Part shown: positions 25,759 through 38,980 of the stretch, piece after piece
Position numbering within the stretch: position 1 is the stretch's first letter
Layout of the letters: every line of letters begins with the position of its first letter
NCBI GenBank assembly: GCA_951406725.2
Contig: OX597838.1
Location: forward strand, 12,710,001-12,774,000
Length of the DNA stretch: 64,000 bases
Direction of reading: 5' to 3'
Source: Octopus vulgaris
Lineage: Eukaryota
Position numbers and translations under genes: made by a program
The notes under the pieces: model-generated
Databases searched by the model: none
The model's input: only the letters and a program-made list of their open reading frames with translations
Told to the model about the DNA's origin: nothing

Positions 25759-26010
25759 ATCATCATCATCATCATCATCGTTTAGCGTCCGCTTTCCATG
25801 CTGGCATGGGTTGGACGGTTCAGCTGGGGTCTGGGAAGCCAGAAGGCTGCACCAGGCCCAGTCTCATCTGGCAATGTTTCTTACGGCTGGATGCCCTTCT
25901 TAACACACCAACCACTCCATGAGTGTAGTGGGTGCTTTTTACGTGCCACCGGCACAGGTGCCAGACGAGGCTGGCAAACGGCCACGATCGGATGGTGCTT
26001 TTGACGTGCC
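25759..26010 (-). mobile_element. Family C copy
   Basis: (CAT)n plus family C consensus. Confidence 0.87.
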
Positions 26011-27470
26011 TGGGTAAATGATTTCAGTAGGCCTGTGGGAGTGAGAAACTTGAAATTTGTCAGCTTCCGGATGCAGAAACTACAGTGATGGTGGTGGTGG
26101 TGGTGGTGGTAATAGTAGTAGTAGTAATAGTGTAAGAGAAACTGATAGGATAGGTCTTCTCAGTCAGGCTTGACCTGGGGCTAAATAACTACTACAACAG
26201 CAACCATCCAGCAGATGTCATCAGCTTGCATTGTGTGTTCTTACTAATGCAGCTGCCTCTTTTTGTTGCACATCAGCTTCTGCCTTGAATGTGCAGCTTC
26301 TGTCTTTTGTGTAAATCTTTACAACACGTCCAATGGAACATTCCTCTCCAGACCTCCCCCTTACTCTCCTGCACTCTTTCGTGCACGCACACACACACAC
26401 ACTTTTGGTCATACATCACATATTATTTCATATTGTCTTCATACAGATTTTTTCCTTTTTTTTTAAGCCCCTAATTTAGCCTTGATTGAGCAGGAGAGAC
26501 CTCTGTTGAAGGTCATTCCAATTATAGCCTTCGTGTCTTGCTTTATCTCCAATTACATAAGCAGTAGGATGTGATGTGAGGAAGATTTGGCTGCTATTTC
26601 TAGCAGGCAACTGCTGCCTCCCCCAAAAAACACCCCCATCCTGTGATTTTAAGTTAAAACCATCTTCCCTTGCCTCCAACAAATGTACAAACCTCAAAAT
26701 TTGAAACATGTCCCACGGCTCAATGCTGACACTGTAGTAGCAATGGCTGTACATCATCCTTTTTATCTCCTCCTCCTACCTCTCTCCTTTCTCACTATCC
26801 CTCTCTCGTGTTAACCCCCTCTCTTTCTCTTTTCACATCCTCTTTCATGCACTTTCTCTCTATCCAACTCCCCCCTCTCCAGTACTAATCCACAAATATA
26901 TCAAGGGGAAACTGGGACAGTTACCATCCTTCACTGATGTAACATCTGTTTTTTTCCAAGGCCATCATCATCATCATCACCACAATCACTCTTTACATGC
27001 AGTCTGTTACCATTATTAACTGTGCATCTGCACCTGCCGAGGTGCATGTCAGTGGAACCATGTGCACTCTTGTATTTCTACCTGTAGACTAGCCAGGGAG
27101 GAAAGGTCATTGCTTATGACCTTTAAAGGTCACACTGCCGAGCAGTGAGGTTGATGTGGCCAACACCCAGCTGAACATGTGCAGTATAAATGCCTGTAGT
27201 CACCAGATGGATGCACACACAAGAAGGCCAAGAATGCTTCAAATGTGCACAGCAGGGACCCCCGCAAAAGACATCTAAAATGTGTGCTGTGCTGTTAATC
27301 TGGGAGGCACACCATTAGGCATACTATTCTAAACAGTGTGCCAACCACAAACCGTACAGTGGCATTTAACAAATGGGAACATACGTGCAGACGTGGCTGT
27401 GTGGTTAAGAAGCTCTCTTTACAACCACATGATGTTGGGTTAGGTCCCACTGCGCAGTACCTTGGGGAAG

Positions 27471-27688
27471 TCATCATCATCGTCATCGTTTAACGTCTGC
27501 TTTCCATGCTAGCATGGGTTGGACGGTTCAACTGGGGTCTTGGAAGCCAGAAGGCTGCACCAGGCCCAGTCAGACCTGGCGGAGTTTCTACAGCTGGATG
27601 CCCTTCCTAACGCCAACCACTCCGTGAGTGTAGTGGGTGCTTTTTATGTGCCACCAACACAGGTGCCAGACGAGGCTGGCGAACGGCA
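27471..27688 (-). mobile_element. Family C copy inserted in an older SINE A
   Basis: Family A head at 27385-27470 resumes at ~27690 (ctgaccaatgccttgtgagtg). Confidence 0.85.
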
Positions 27689-28236
27689 GCTGACCAATGC
27701 CTTGTGAGTGAATTTGGTTAATGGAAACTGCGTGGAAGCCATCGTGTGCGTGTATAGCTGTCGGCCTTGCAATGTGTTTGTTGTAGTTTTAGAACAATAC
27801 CACTCCACCGGCTGAGTGGACTGGAGCAATATGGAATGAAGTGTTTTTCTCAAGAACACAACACACCGCTGGTCCGGCAATTGAAACCACAATCTTATGA
27901 TCATGAGCATAACACCCTAACCACCAAGCCACGCATATTTACACACACACACACATACATATGTATGTGTGTCTTTGTCCCCATCGCTGTTTGACAGCCA
28001 GTGTTTACATGGAAAAACAAGTCTGTCTGTGTATTGCGCTGCTCATAGTTCAGTTATGACAACAGTAAGAGCAAAACTTTAAAACAAATGAATGTACTAG
28101 GATCAAAATGACTAAAAATCCTTCAAACCAGTAACTCCAGCATGGCCACTGTCTTCTGACTGACATGTAAAAGAAAATTCTAAGCAATAGACTTAGAATC
28201 AGTAGAGCATTGATCAAAATGATTTGCAGTATCTAT

Positions 28237-28451
28237 TTAACCCTTTCGTTACTGTATTTATTTTGAGATGCTCTGTGTTTCTTTCAATTATTTTAAATAT
28301 AACAAAGAATTTAGTTATCATTCAGCTAGTGTTAGAAACATAAATTGTGACTAAGGTTTGGTGGAAGATTTTAATTCAAAACTTATGAAAACAGGACATT
28401 TGTACTCAGAACCAGAGCCGGTTTCAGCCGGGTTTGTAACGAAATGGTTAA
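28237..28451 (+). mobile_element. TTAA-MITE family E (piggyBac-type ends)
   Basis: TTAA-CCCTTTCGTTAC...GTAACGAAATGG-TTAA; copies at 48073, 50775 and 57441. Confidence 0.87.
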
Positions 28452-29210
28452 GGCAGTAAGTTGACAGGATTCTTAGTATGCCAGGCAAAATGTTTAGCAG
28501 CAGTCCATCTGTTTTACCATTCTGAGTTCAGTCCTGTCACGGTCAACTTTACCTTTCATCCTTTTGGGTTGATAAAAGTACCAGACAAGTACTGGGGTTG
28601 ATACAATCAACTGTCTCCTCTAAATTTCAGGTCTTTTGTGTCTGTTAGAAACCATTATTATCCTAGTTGTAAAGGCAGTGAGCTGGTGGAATTGGTAGCA
28701 TGCCAGACAGAATGTTTAGCAGCATTCTGTCCATCTTTACATTCTGAGTTCAAATTCTGCTGAGGTCAACTTCACCTTTCATCTTTTCAGGGTCTTTAAA
28801 ATGAGTATCAGTTGAGCACTGGGGTTAACGTAATCAACCTGCACTCCCTTCAAAATTGCTGGCCTGGTGCCAAAATTTGCAACCAGTATTTGTTTACAGC
28901 CCTTTATATTGTGAGTTCAAATCTTAAGTGGGTCGGCTTTGATTTGCTTTCATCCTTCCAAGCTTCTTCATCTTAACATTCACTTTCTCATGCCCTCATG
29001 GGTCGGATAAATTTGTTGATGCAGATTTTTTACAGCTGGATGCCCATCCTGTTGCCAACCCTCACTTGTTTCCAAGCAAGGTAATATTTCCCCATGACTG
29101 AATGTGTTTATCACAGAAGGTAGGAAATGGACACTGCTTGCAATGACAGGGACACTTGTTTACAGCTCTCATACAATGTCAAAGCAAGGAGACACAATAC
29201 AAGACGATAC

Positions 29211-29424
29211 CTATTTCTTTACTACCCACAAGGGGATAAACACAGAGAGGACAGACAAACGGACTAAGTCAATTATATCGAACCCAGTGCGTAACTGGTA
29301 CTTATTTAATCGACCTCGAAAGGATGAAAGGCAAAGTCGACCTCGGCGGAATTTGAACTCAGAACGTAACGGCAGACGAAATACAGCTAAGCATTTCACC
29401 CGTTGTGTTAACATTTCTGCCAGA
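29211..29424 (-). mobile_element. SINE family B copy
   Basis: Reverse complement of family B; older B copies also at ~28452-28660 and ~28672-28890. Confidence 0.87.
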
Positions 29425-29946
29425 ACTGAAAGGGAGTGGGTGTAGGTTTGTTTTGCTCCCTTAATTTTCTCTGAATCTGTGGAATTGTGCCTCAGAAATC
29501 AATATTATTGAGGGTGAATGAAATGGTCGGCCGTTTGAATGGGTTAAATATCCTACATTCCAAGCGGATGCTGTCCTCTGCACCTCTCATCTTTAATGTC
29601 TTGGCCAGATGGAGACTTTAAGTTGATGAAATTCCTCAGAATGAACTTTGGACTGTGAAATACAGTGTATCCACCCTCACTCACACACATTCATTTACTC
29701 TCTCTTTCTCACACACACACTCTCTCTCCCTCTTGCGTTCTGGTACTCTCACAATCTCCCTTCCTCTCTCTCAGGCACACTCACACAGTCAGGCTTGCAC
29801 ACATACAGACACACATTGGTTTATTTATGTTAACCAGCTGTAGGTAGTCTGTCGGTAAATAAACCTTTCTTGTCTTCTGTAATATCATCACTGACAATGA
29901 GGGCCAGCTGATTCTTGAGCAGTCAGCCAGTTTTCTGTTATATATA

Positions 29947-29992
<46 letters not shown>

Positions 29993-30457
29993 TATATAAA
30001 CAGAAAACTAGCTAACTACTCAAATGTGTGCCTATGTCCATGAATGTGCATGTGTAAGTACATATATATATATATATATGCCAAATAACATGATCATGAT
30101 AAACTATAAATATTTGGGGGAAAGTATCACTCAAGTACAATATCTTCTGGCTGATCTTTAATTCATGCTAATTCCATAACTTACAAAGAAGGACCAGCAC
30201 TATCTGAAACGCATGAAGCAAATCAAATAGAGCAGTCTCAACGTAAACACATTTATCACGAGTGGAGAATTACCCTTCATCGGTCACCAGTTGAATCCCA
30301 TTGTTGTTTAAACACCTCAAGGCAGGGTTTACTTGTGATGGTGCCAAACAAGCATTAAAGAAAAATGCAGTTTAACACTGTTTGGTAATAAATATACAAA
30401 AATTTGTCCTTGGAATATATCATCATATGTATATATCATCACTATCATCATCGTTGT

Positions 30458-30684
30458 TTAACCCTTTAGTGTTCAGATTATTCTATCAAACATAATGCTT
30501 ATTGATTCACATTGATTTGAATTAATCATGCATTATTTCATATCTTCAAGATCTTGATGGTGTAATTACTTTATGTAGAATAACATTGTAGGGTAGGTGT
30601 GAGGGCCTGGATCTGGTCAGTTTGAACATAAAACAGATTAAATATTTTAGCCGGATATGGCTGGTTTAAATACTAAAGGGTTAA
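30458..30684 (-). mobile_element. TTAA-MITE family F
   Basis: TTAACCCTTTAGT...ACTAAAGGGTTAA perfect 13-bp inverted ends including TTAA. Confidence 0.87.
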
Positions 30685-30720
30685 CATTAGCATGGGCTGG
30701 CATGAGTTGGATGGTTTGAC

Positions 30721-30951
30721 GGGCATGTGGTGTAGTGGTTAAGAGCGTGGGCTACTAACCCCAAGATTCAGAGTTCGATTCCTGCCAGTGACCTGACTAG
30801 TAATAAAAACAACATTGAAAAATACATTAGGAATGAGAACCTATGTTCGAAATTTCCCCAAGGCACTTGATGAAGGCTGAAGGGTATATCAGCTGAAACT
30901 TGTTAACAACAAACAAGATAAGGACAACTATCCGTCACATGTAAATAATGT
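30721..30951 (+). mobile_element. tRNA-headed SINE with a degenerate hammerhead-like 3' region
   Basis: A box TGGTGTAGTGG (30728-30738), anticodon-like arm tggg-ctactaa-ccc, B box GAGTTCGATTCC (30771-30782); TTGATGA-a-GGCTGA..TCAGCT-GAAAC at 30867-30899. Confidence 0.7.
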
Positions 30952-31625
30952 TCCAATTGTCCTCTAAGCTATATGTCTCCAACTCTTCCTGCTTTTCGTC
31001 AGAAGCTCTGTTAGGAAATCTCTGAATTTCTGTCTGTCTGCTGGGTCTTTGAGCTTCCATAGTCTTCTTTTCCAGATTGGTTTATTCCTCCGGGTCTTTC
31101 TGGCTAACTAGTAACCTATGTAGGGCTGTACACTCTTCATCTAGCAAAGACTTTGCATTTGCCAGTATCTGTCTGTCTTGTTGCCTGGTGAGGAGGTAGT
31201 TAGTTAGTTAGTTAATTTTGGCTCAAAAAGCAAAAAGCAAGGCCATGTAGGGGGACATGGAGTTATGTACAGGGTGGTGTTCATGTAAAGAGTTCAGGCC
31301 ACTTGTGGTCAAGGGAGACTTTGAACCAAGCGGTCGTCGGCATCTTCACCATCTCATCTGGCAGCTTATTCCACGGATCTGCAACCCGGACGGAGAAAGC
31401 CCCTCTCCTTCGATTGAGATGAAATCGTCGCAGATAGAGCTTTTCGGAATGACCCCGCAGCCGACGCTCTGGAGCATTGCAGTCCCCCACCTTGTCTGAT
31501 AAGGGATTAGGTGGGTGGCTGGTTTTCTGAAGTTAGTATTGCAGATCATGGGATCATTTGCATCACAGAACTCCAGTAGCCTGGTTCCCTCCTCATTCCT
31601 GGAGCCAAAACCAAATACGCAAACA
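30952..31625 (-). mobile_element. RTE-clade LINE fragment (AP-endonuclease C-terminal half and linker), split by a CR1 insertion
   Basis: Minus translation GFGSRNEEGTRLLEFCDANDPMICNTNFRKPATHLIPYQ // YLLTRQQDR...EECTALHRLLVS // KRRLWKLKDP. Confidence 0.88.
31199..31490 (-). mobile_element. CR1-clade LINE 3' end with (TAAC)n tail
   Basis: LRGHSEKL...RRGAFSVRVADPWNKLPDEMV...FKVSLD matches the CR1 ORF2 C-terminus; short 3' UTR and tandem tail. Confidence 0.88.
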
Positions 31626-31987
31626 TGAAGAAACAGCATTAACTATCAAAGTCTAGCATGAACTTGGCAAGTGTGTAAGTACAGGGCTGACCATTTCAGC
31701 ACTAATTCACATGAAACTATTCCTGTTAAGATATTCAAATTCAGCTCATTATCTGAAATTTCTTTAAAGATATCACTAAACTATTAGTATAATTCTTTGT
31801 TTTAACAATTAAAAGAGTAATTATAATCTTGTTGCGTAAAAATTGGGGTCATGTAAGAGTTAAGTGTCGTGTAGGGGTATCTATATTTTGAAGAATTTGT
31901 TTCTTTGAGGGCAACAAATTTGGAAAAAGCAACAGGACATTTATGCCTTTTTTGATGCAAACCCACTTGAGACTGCCTTTGCTTCTA

Positions 31988-32152
31988 GGTGCAGGAGTGA
32001 CTGTGTGGTAAGTAGCTTGTTTACCAACCACATGGTTCCGGGTTCAGTCCCACTGCGTGGCACTTTGGGCAAGTGTCTTCTACTCTAGCCTCGGGCCGAC
32101 CAAAGCCTTGTGAGTGGATTTGGTAGACGGAAACTGAAAGAAGCCCGTCGTA

Positions 32153-32194
<42 letters not shown>

Positions 32195-32405
32195 TGTATG
32201 TGTGTCTGTGTTTGTCCCCCTAGCATTGCTTGACAACCGATGCTGGTGTGTCTATGTCCCCGTCACTTAGCGGTTCGGCAAAAGAGACCGATAGAATAAG
32301 TACTGGGCTTACAAAGAATAAGTCCCGGGGTCAAGTAGCTCGACTAAAGGCGGTGCTCCAGCATGGCCGCAGTCAAATGACTGAAACAAGTAAAATAAAA
32401 AGAAA
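31988..32405 (+). mobile_element. SINE family A copy
   Basis: Full-length match. Confidence 0.92.
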
Positions 32406-33196
32406 AAAAAAGCTGTTTGTTTTAAATTGTTTTCAGTTTACATTAAAAACCCTTCGTTATAAATTAATGTAGGAGTCTCTTCCTGTTTAATTGTATTGAA
32501 ACTTATCAATGTTGTAATCCGTCATGGATTAAGGGAGAAACATTACAATTAATAAAACCGATTTCTGTAGTGTGGTCAGATAATCCACAACTGAAGCTGG
32601 TGGCCAAAGAGGCTTAGGGATTAACAAACTAAAGAAACATTGATGTTTGAGGATTAAATTTTTCCATTAGAAATTAGAACTCTTTGGTGCAATTTTGATA
32701 GGAAACCCTGTATATATGCGTTTGTAATACTTTTTTACGTTTGGCTTAACAGCCCTTCTTGTCTTGTTATTTTCCTTGCCCTGTCTTTTACTGCTTATGT
32801 TTTGTACTGTTGTTACTGTCCTGTTTTTGTTACCATTTTTACCCCTCTGCAAAAAGATCTCAAATTTTATTTGATTTGCTTTTCGCACGAAGGAAAGTTT
32901 CTTATCGAAGATACGTCTCGCCTTCACCTTCGAAACGTAGAGTAGATGAAACCATGGCGACTGAAGAAGGGGTGTTTTCCTTGTGTTATTTGTCCTGTAC
33001 TCTATTTTTTTGTTGTTTAAGAAAAATGTCCAGTTCCTTGGGTTTGTGTCTGTTTTCGTTTCTCATTGTGTTCAACGTTTTTTTGGTGTCCTGTACTCAT
33101 ATATGCGTGTATATATACATGTAGAGGTAGGTACGTACATATATGTATATATATATATGCATATGTTTTGTTTTTTAATATATATATATATATATA

Positions 33197-33488
33197 ACAC
33201 CATCCGAGCGTGGCCGTCTGCCAGCCTCGTCTGGCACCTGTGTCGGTGGCACATAAAAACACCATCCAAGCGTGGCCGTCTGCCAGCCTCGTCTGGCACC
33301 TGTATCGGTGGCACATAAAATCACCCACTACACTCTCGGAGTGGTTGGCGTTAGGAAGGGCATCCAGCTGTAGAAACACTGCCAGATCTGACTGGCCTGG
33401 TGCAGCCTTCTGGCTTCCCAGACCCCAGTTGAACCGTCCAACCCATGCTAGCATGGAAAGCGGACGTTAAACGATGATGATGATGATG
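33197..33488 (+). mobile_element. Family C copy with two VNTR units
   Basis: Two caccatcc.agcgtggccgtctgccagcctcgtctggcacctgt units, then the 3' consensus and (GAT)n. Confidence 0.87.
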
Positions 33489-33893
33489 AACTTGGCAAAA
33501 AGCTTTATGGAAATAAACTGCATTTTGTTTTCTCGTTAATAACAAGGCAGAAAGACAAAACAAAAAAAAAACCTTGTACTGATATTTGTTAGGGTACTGG
33601 TATTTATGAATTTAAGCCCTAAATCAATCTTGATTGAGCAGATTTATGACTAAAAGTGTCCCCCATGGCCCTCTTATCTTTCGTTCTTCTGCCATCCAAT
33701 GTACCCATTTTTTAACAGAAGGCTATTGTTTGGAAGATTGGGCTGTTATTTCTAGCTAGTAAGGACGATCAAGGTTTTCAATGACCCACTTTGTTGTGTA
33801 TTTGTGGTCATTGGTGCTTGTTGTAGAAAGTATTTCCTACAGTGCTTGATATATTCGACCTATAGGTTTGCATGTTTCATTTTAATATATTTA

Positions 33894-34278
33894 AGTGGCT
33901 GTGTGGTAAGTAGCTTGCTAACCAACCACATGGTTCCGGGTTCAGTTCAGTCCCACTGCGTGGCATCTTGGGCAAGTGTCTTCTGCTATAGCCCCGGGCC
34001 GACCAATGCCTTGTGAGTGGATTTGGTAGACGGAAACTGAAAGAAGCCTGTCGTATATATGTATGTATATATAAGTGCGTGTCTGTGTTTGTACCCCTAG
34101 CATTGCTTGACAACCGATGCTGGTGTGTTTACGTCCCCTGTCACTTAGCGGTTCGGCAAAAGAGACCGATAGAATAAGTACTGGGCTTACAAAGAATAAG
34201 TCCCGGGGTCAATTTGCTCAACTAAAGACGGTGCTCCAGCATAGCCGCAGTCAAATGACTGAAACAAGTAAAAGAGTA
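33894..34278 (+). mobile_element. SINE family A copy
   Basis: Near full-length match. Confidence 0.92.
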
Positions 34279-36029
34279 ACTCTGCGTTAAGTGTAAGGAT
34301 CTGAAGTTTTGCTCCAAATCCATTTTAATTTTAGTGCTATTTAAACCATCCATATCCAACCAAAATTATTCTACCTGTTTTATGTGCAAACTGGCCAGAT
34401 CTAGCCTCTCACACCTACCTTCCAATGTCATTCTAAAAATAAACTATCACATCTTCAAAATCTTGAAGCTGTGAGATAATGCATGATTAATTCAAAACTG
34501 TGAATAAACATTACATTCAACAGAGTAATCTGAATGCTAAAGGATTAAATTTCATCTGGAAAGGGTTATGTTCCTCTATTTAGATGACATTTTCTGCATA
34601 CTTTGCAGTGTAGAGCCTCGGGTTGTTGTTACTTGTGCACTTGGTTACCAAGGATCATATTTCAGACATGACTAGATGGATTACCAGACAACCAACCAAG
34701 ACGCTTAACCCTTTAACATTCAGATGACTCAGCCAAATGTAATTCTTATTTGTTCATTGTTTTGAATTGGTCATACGTTATATAACTTGATGTGTAATTT
34801 TTTTGGCAACGGCCTGGTCTGTCCATCTTGCTGTGAACAAGTATTTCCAGGTGGAATGAGTCACTACAAGTAAGAAACAGTAGCACTATGAAACTGGAGT
34901 GTTTTTTTTTAAGCTTGTGGGACTGAGTTCTTATGTTCATGTTGGAACTGGGCCACGACTGGAGGCCACAATGTGCCTCCCACCCCCACCCCCCAACACT
35001 GTGTTGTGTTTTGAGGGAGCTTTTACATGGTTGCTCAGTTGGCTAGAATTGTCATCTTTGAAACCACACCCTATTGTCTTAAGGGATCTGTTGTATAATG
35101 TGGTGCTGTTCTCAGTGAGTTTTTGGTGGGTAAAAAAAATAGGATGGTCTGAACTAGAATATTTTTAATCATCAACCTCCAGCATGTCAAGGCTAGCTTG
35201 TAACCAAACGGGTGGGCGGAGGAGAACACTGTTCATTGAGTTCTCAATCATATCTGTTGTTTATTTCTTTTTGGTTCTCCCTTCCTCATATATGTTTATA
35301 TATTGAGGCACCTTATGCTTTAGCCCTGAGACAATGAAAGCCTTGTGAATGGATGTGGTCGTTAGAAACTGAAAGAAGCCTGTTGTATGTATGTGTTTGC
35401 ATTACCCTATCCTTGACCCCTCGTGATGGTTGTAATTGAGCCAGTCTTCCATAAAAACATCTTTGGCCATAGGGAAATATCACCTTGGTTAGCAACAGGA
35501 AGGGCATCCAACTGTAAAAAAAATCTGCCTCAACAAATTCCATCTGACCCATACAAGATGACGATGGTATGTGCTACCAAGTCACTTTCACTTGCAAATG
35601 ATGGCTGTGGATGTGTATTTCTCTTCTTTTTACACTTTCTTGTAGCAAAATTTTATCATGAAATATTTATTAATTTGATTTTTTATGTCTATTTTACCAT
35701 GCCGGCATGGGTTAGACTCTTGCATTATTGCAACGTTGTTTTACAGTCAATGTCATTTCTGTCAATGACCTTTACCATTCAAGTAAAAGATCTTTCGTTT
35801 TGCACATCTTCAAAAGCACGAAGCCAGATGCTTTGTTCACTGAGGAAATGACATTGTTTCCTCTTCTAAGGTTCCATCTACCAAATTCTATTACAAGACA
35901 TTCACCATGGGGTTCTAGTGAACTTCTCACCCATACAGCCATGCCTGCACTTATAGCTTTCAAAATATTCATGTCCTTAAAAATATCCTGATTTCTGTAC
36001 TTCTATATCTTCCCAGCCTTTTAAAGGCT

Positions 36030-36404
36030 GGCTCTCTCTCACTCTCTCTCTCTCTCTCTCACACACACACTCACACACATACACTCACACAAACACACAT
36101 ACACTCACACACATACACTCACACACATACACTCACACACATACACTCACACACATACACTCACACACATACACTCACACAAATACACTCACACAAATAC
36201 ACTCACACAAACACACTCACACAAACACACAAACAAACACACTCACACACACTCACACACACACACACTCACACACACACTCACTCACACACACACACTC
36301 ACACAAACACACACACACACTCACACACTCACACACACACACTCACACACTCACACAAACACACACATACACTCACACACACACTCACACACACACACAC
36401 ACAC
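36030..36404. repeat. Compound (CT)n/(CA)-rich satellite with cacacatacact units
   Basis: Directly visible. Confidence 0.95.
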
Positions 36405-36842
36405 TGTCTGAATTGTATGTCTATTGTTTCTGTCTGTATCTGCAGTCTTGTATGTATGCCTGTGTATTATTAGTTCATTTTCAGTAAAATCATTGTGATG
36501 AGTTTAAGTAGAACACTGTTTATTTGTTATCGTAATTTTAAACATTTGTCTGATAAGAATCTCTTGACTTTTCAGTTGTAACAAAGTCTAGTTTTGTCGT
36601 TGCTGTTGTTTTAAAGAAAATCCGGTTGTTTGTTACACTTTTCAACATCTTTAAATGGTTGTTTAATAGATTTTTTTTTTTTGGTGTTGTTTTTAGTTAT
36701 ACATTTAAAAAAAAAAGTTTTTTTTTTCTTCTATATACAAATGTTTGTGGGTGTGGGTGTGTGGTTGAGAATTGTGCTTCCCAACCACATTGTTTCAGGT
36801 TCAGTCCTATTGCATGGCACCTTGGGCAAGTGTCTTCTATAG

Positions 36843-37105
36843 GGTAGAAAGGGCTCCTTAGCCGTAGTGAAGGCAATCTGTCTCGGGAGATAACCTTACA
36901 ATAAATCACTGGGTCCGTAGCTTAGAAATACTGGGTTGACGTCCAGCGGGAACAGCTTTGTTTCATGGAGGAGGAAAGATCTTCTTTAGTACTTGGTTGT
37001 ACAATGCTTTCCAATGTGTGTAGTAGTGGCGCGCGCACACATTATTAGCTATTTGAAAAGACTATGGAAGTCTCGACCACGGTCGAACAATGATGATGAT
37101 GATGA
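36843..37105 (+). mobile_element. Short (GAT)n-tailed non-autonomous retroelement, probably RTE-derived, inside an older SINE A
   Basis: Exact 12-bp TSD tgtcttctatag (36831-36842, 37106-37117); 3' (GAT)n tail; 5' part resembles RTE 5'UTR/Ceph-like sequence (recalled, not aligned). Confidence 0.75.
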
Positions 37106-37606
37106 TGTCTTCTATAGCCCCGGGCTGACCAGAGTCATGTAAGTGGATTTGGTAGACAGAAATTGAAAGAAGCCCATATGTGTGTGCATATGTGTATCTG
37201 TTTGTGTCTCCTTGTCTTGACAACTTATGGTTGTTGTAAATGGGTGTCATTCATTTCTTTCCAATATTCTATGAAAACATGCTTGGCTATGAAGAGCATC
37301 TGACTGTAGAAAATTTGCTTTAGCAAAGGAATGTATCCAGGACTGCATTATTCAAAGTGTCTTTCCTTTTTCAAAAGCTAGTAAGGTGTGGTGTCAGTGG
37401 AATTTTGTTGCTATTTCCAGCTGTTCAAGAGAGCATACAGGAGCTCTGCCATTGGCTTTTCAATGTCTATATGTGTGTATAGATATGCATGCCAGCACAT
37501 AACATAAATATGCATAAAGGTTAAATGGAGATAGTGCAGAAGCCAACCGTAACATGCATGCATGTATGCATACATACACAGATGTGGGTGTGTTGTCTTT
37601 ACACTA

Positions 37607-37900
37607 TCATCATCATCATCGTTTAACTTCCGCTTTCCATGCTAGCATGGGTTGGACGGTTCAACTGGGGTCTGGGAAGCCAGAAGGCTGCACCAGGCCC
37701 AGTCTGATCTGGCAGTGTTTCTACAGCTGGATGCCCTTCCTAATGCCAACCACTCTGTGAGTGTAGTGGGTGCTTTTTACGTACCACCGGCACAGGTGCC
37801 AGACGAGGCTGACAAACGGCCACGATCGGATGGTGCTTTTTACGTGCCTGTGGCACGGAGGCCAGTCGGGGCGGCGCTGGCAACAGCCATGTTCGGATGG
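37607..37900 (-). mobile_element. Family C copy
   Basis: (CAT)n plus consensus and about two VNTR units. Confidence 0.87.
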
Positions 37901-38588
37901 TTCTCTTTTAAAAAAAATCCAGTGTTTGTTTTTTCAACAAATAAAGGCTGGTAAAATAAATACTGAAGTCAATATGACTTATGAGTAAACCTTTGACAGC
38001 AGTATCCCAGTATATCTGCTGTCCAGTGGCTGAAAACAGTTAACCCTTTTATCATCATATTTTTTCTTGAAATACACTGCCTTTGTTTCAGTGAATGTTG
38101 TGAAACAGAATTTTGATAAATGGCTTTAATTTAGATCCCTTTAAAATAGGAAGATTATATCATAGATCCATGGTGATCTTGAGCAGCTGAGTATTAAGAT
38201 TAACCTTTTAAAAATTTAAACCGGTTATATGTGACCCAAATATTCTATCCATTGACAGGTGGACAGTTGGTTGGTAACTTTTACATATTTTTCCAGTAAG
38301 GGATCTGGGAATTTAGTACTCCTCATGACTTCAAAAGATGCAGGGCCAGTAGATGGTTTGACAAAGGAAATGGCAATACCTCCTCTTGTATGTCAATGAT
38401 TTTTGTAGCAACACAAATGTAAAACACGCACACCATGTTTCTTCCAGTTTGTCTATTAAAATCTACTCGCAAAGCTTCGGTTAGCCTTGAGCTATAATGA
38501 AAGATATTTGTTCCCATGGTGCTCTACAGTAGAATTGAACTCAAAACCACATGGTTGGGAAGTGAATTTAAAGTTCCCAGCCATGTCT

Positions 38589-38980
38589 GGGCGCAGGAGT
38601 GGCTGTGTGGTAAGTAGCTTGCTAACCAACCACATGGTTGCAGGTTCAGTCCCACTGCGTGGCATCTTGGGTAAGTGTCTTCTGCTATAGCCCCGGGCCG
38701 ACCAATGCCTTGTGAGTGGATTTGGTAGACGGAAACTGAAAGAAGCCTGTCGTATATATGTATATATATATGTGTGTGTCTGTGTTTGTCCCCCTAGCAT
38801 TGCTTGACAACCGATGCTGGTGTGTTTACGTCCCCGTCACTTAGCGGTTCGGCAAAAGAGACCGATAGAATAAGTACTGGGCTTCCAAAGAACAAGTCCC
38901 GGGGTCGATTTGATCGACTAAAGGCTTTGCTCCAGCATGGCTGCAGTCAAATGACTGAAACGAGTAAAAGAGTAAGAGAG
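38589..38980 (+). mobile_element. SINE family A copy
   Basis: Full-length match starting ggcgcaggagtggctgtgtgg. Confidence 0.92.

Noticed and set aside
27100-27300. Gag-like zinc knuckles (YKCL, CFKCAQQG)
   Set aside because: Cys/His spacing is incomplete with stops and frameshifts; too decayed to call.
32835-32990. Additional hammerhead around cgaaacgta (32932) and ctgaaga (32961)
   Set aside because: Core elements are in the wrong order or too degenerate and stem I cannot be formed convincingly; possibly an old Penelope-like remnant but unsupported.
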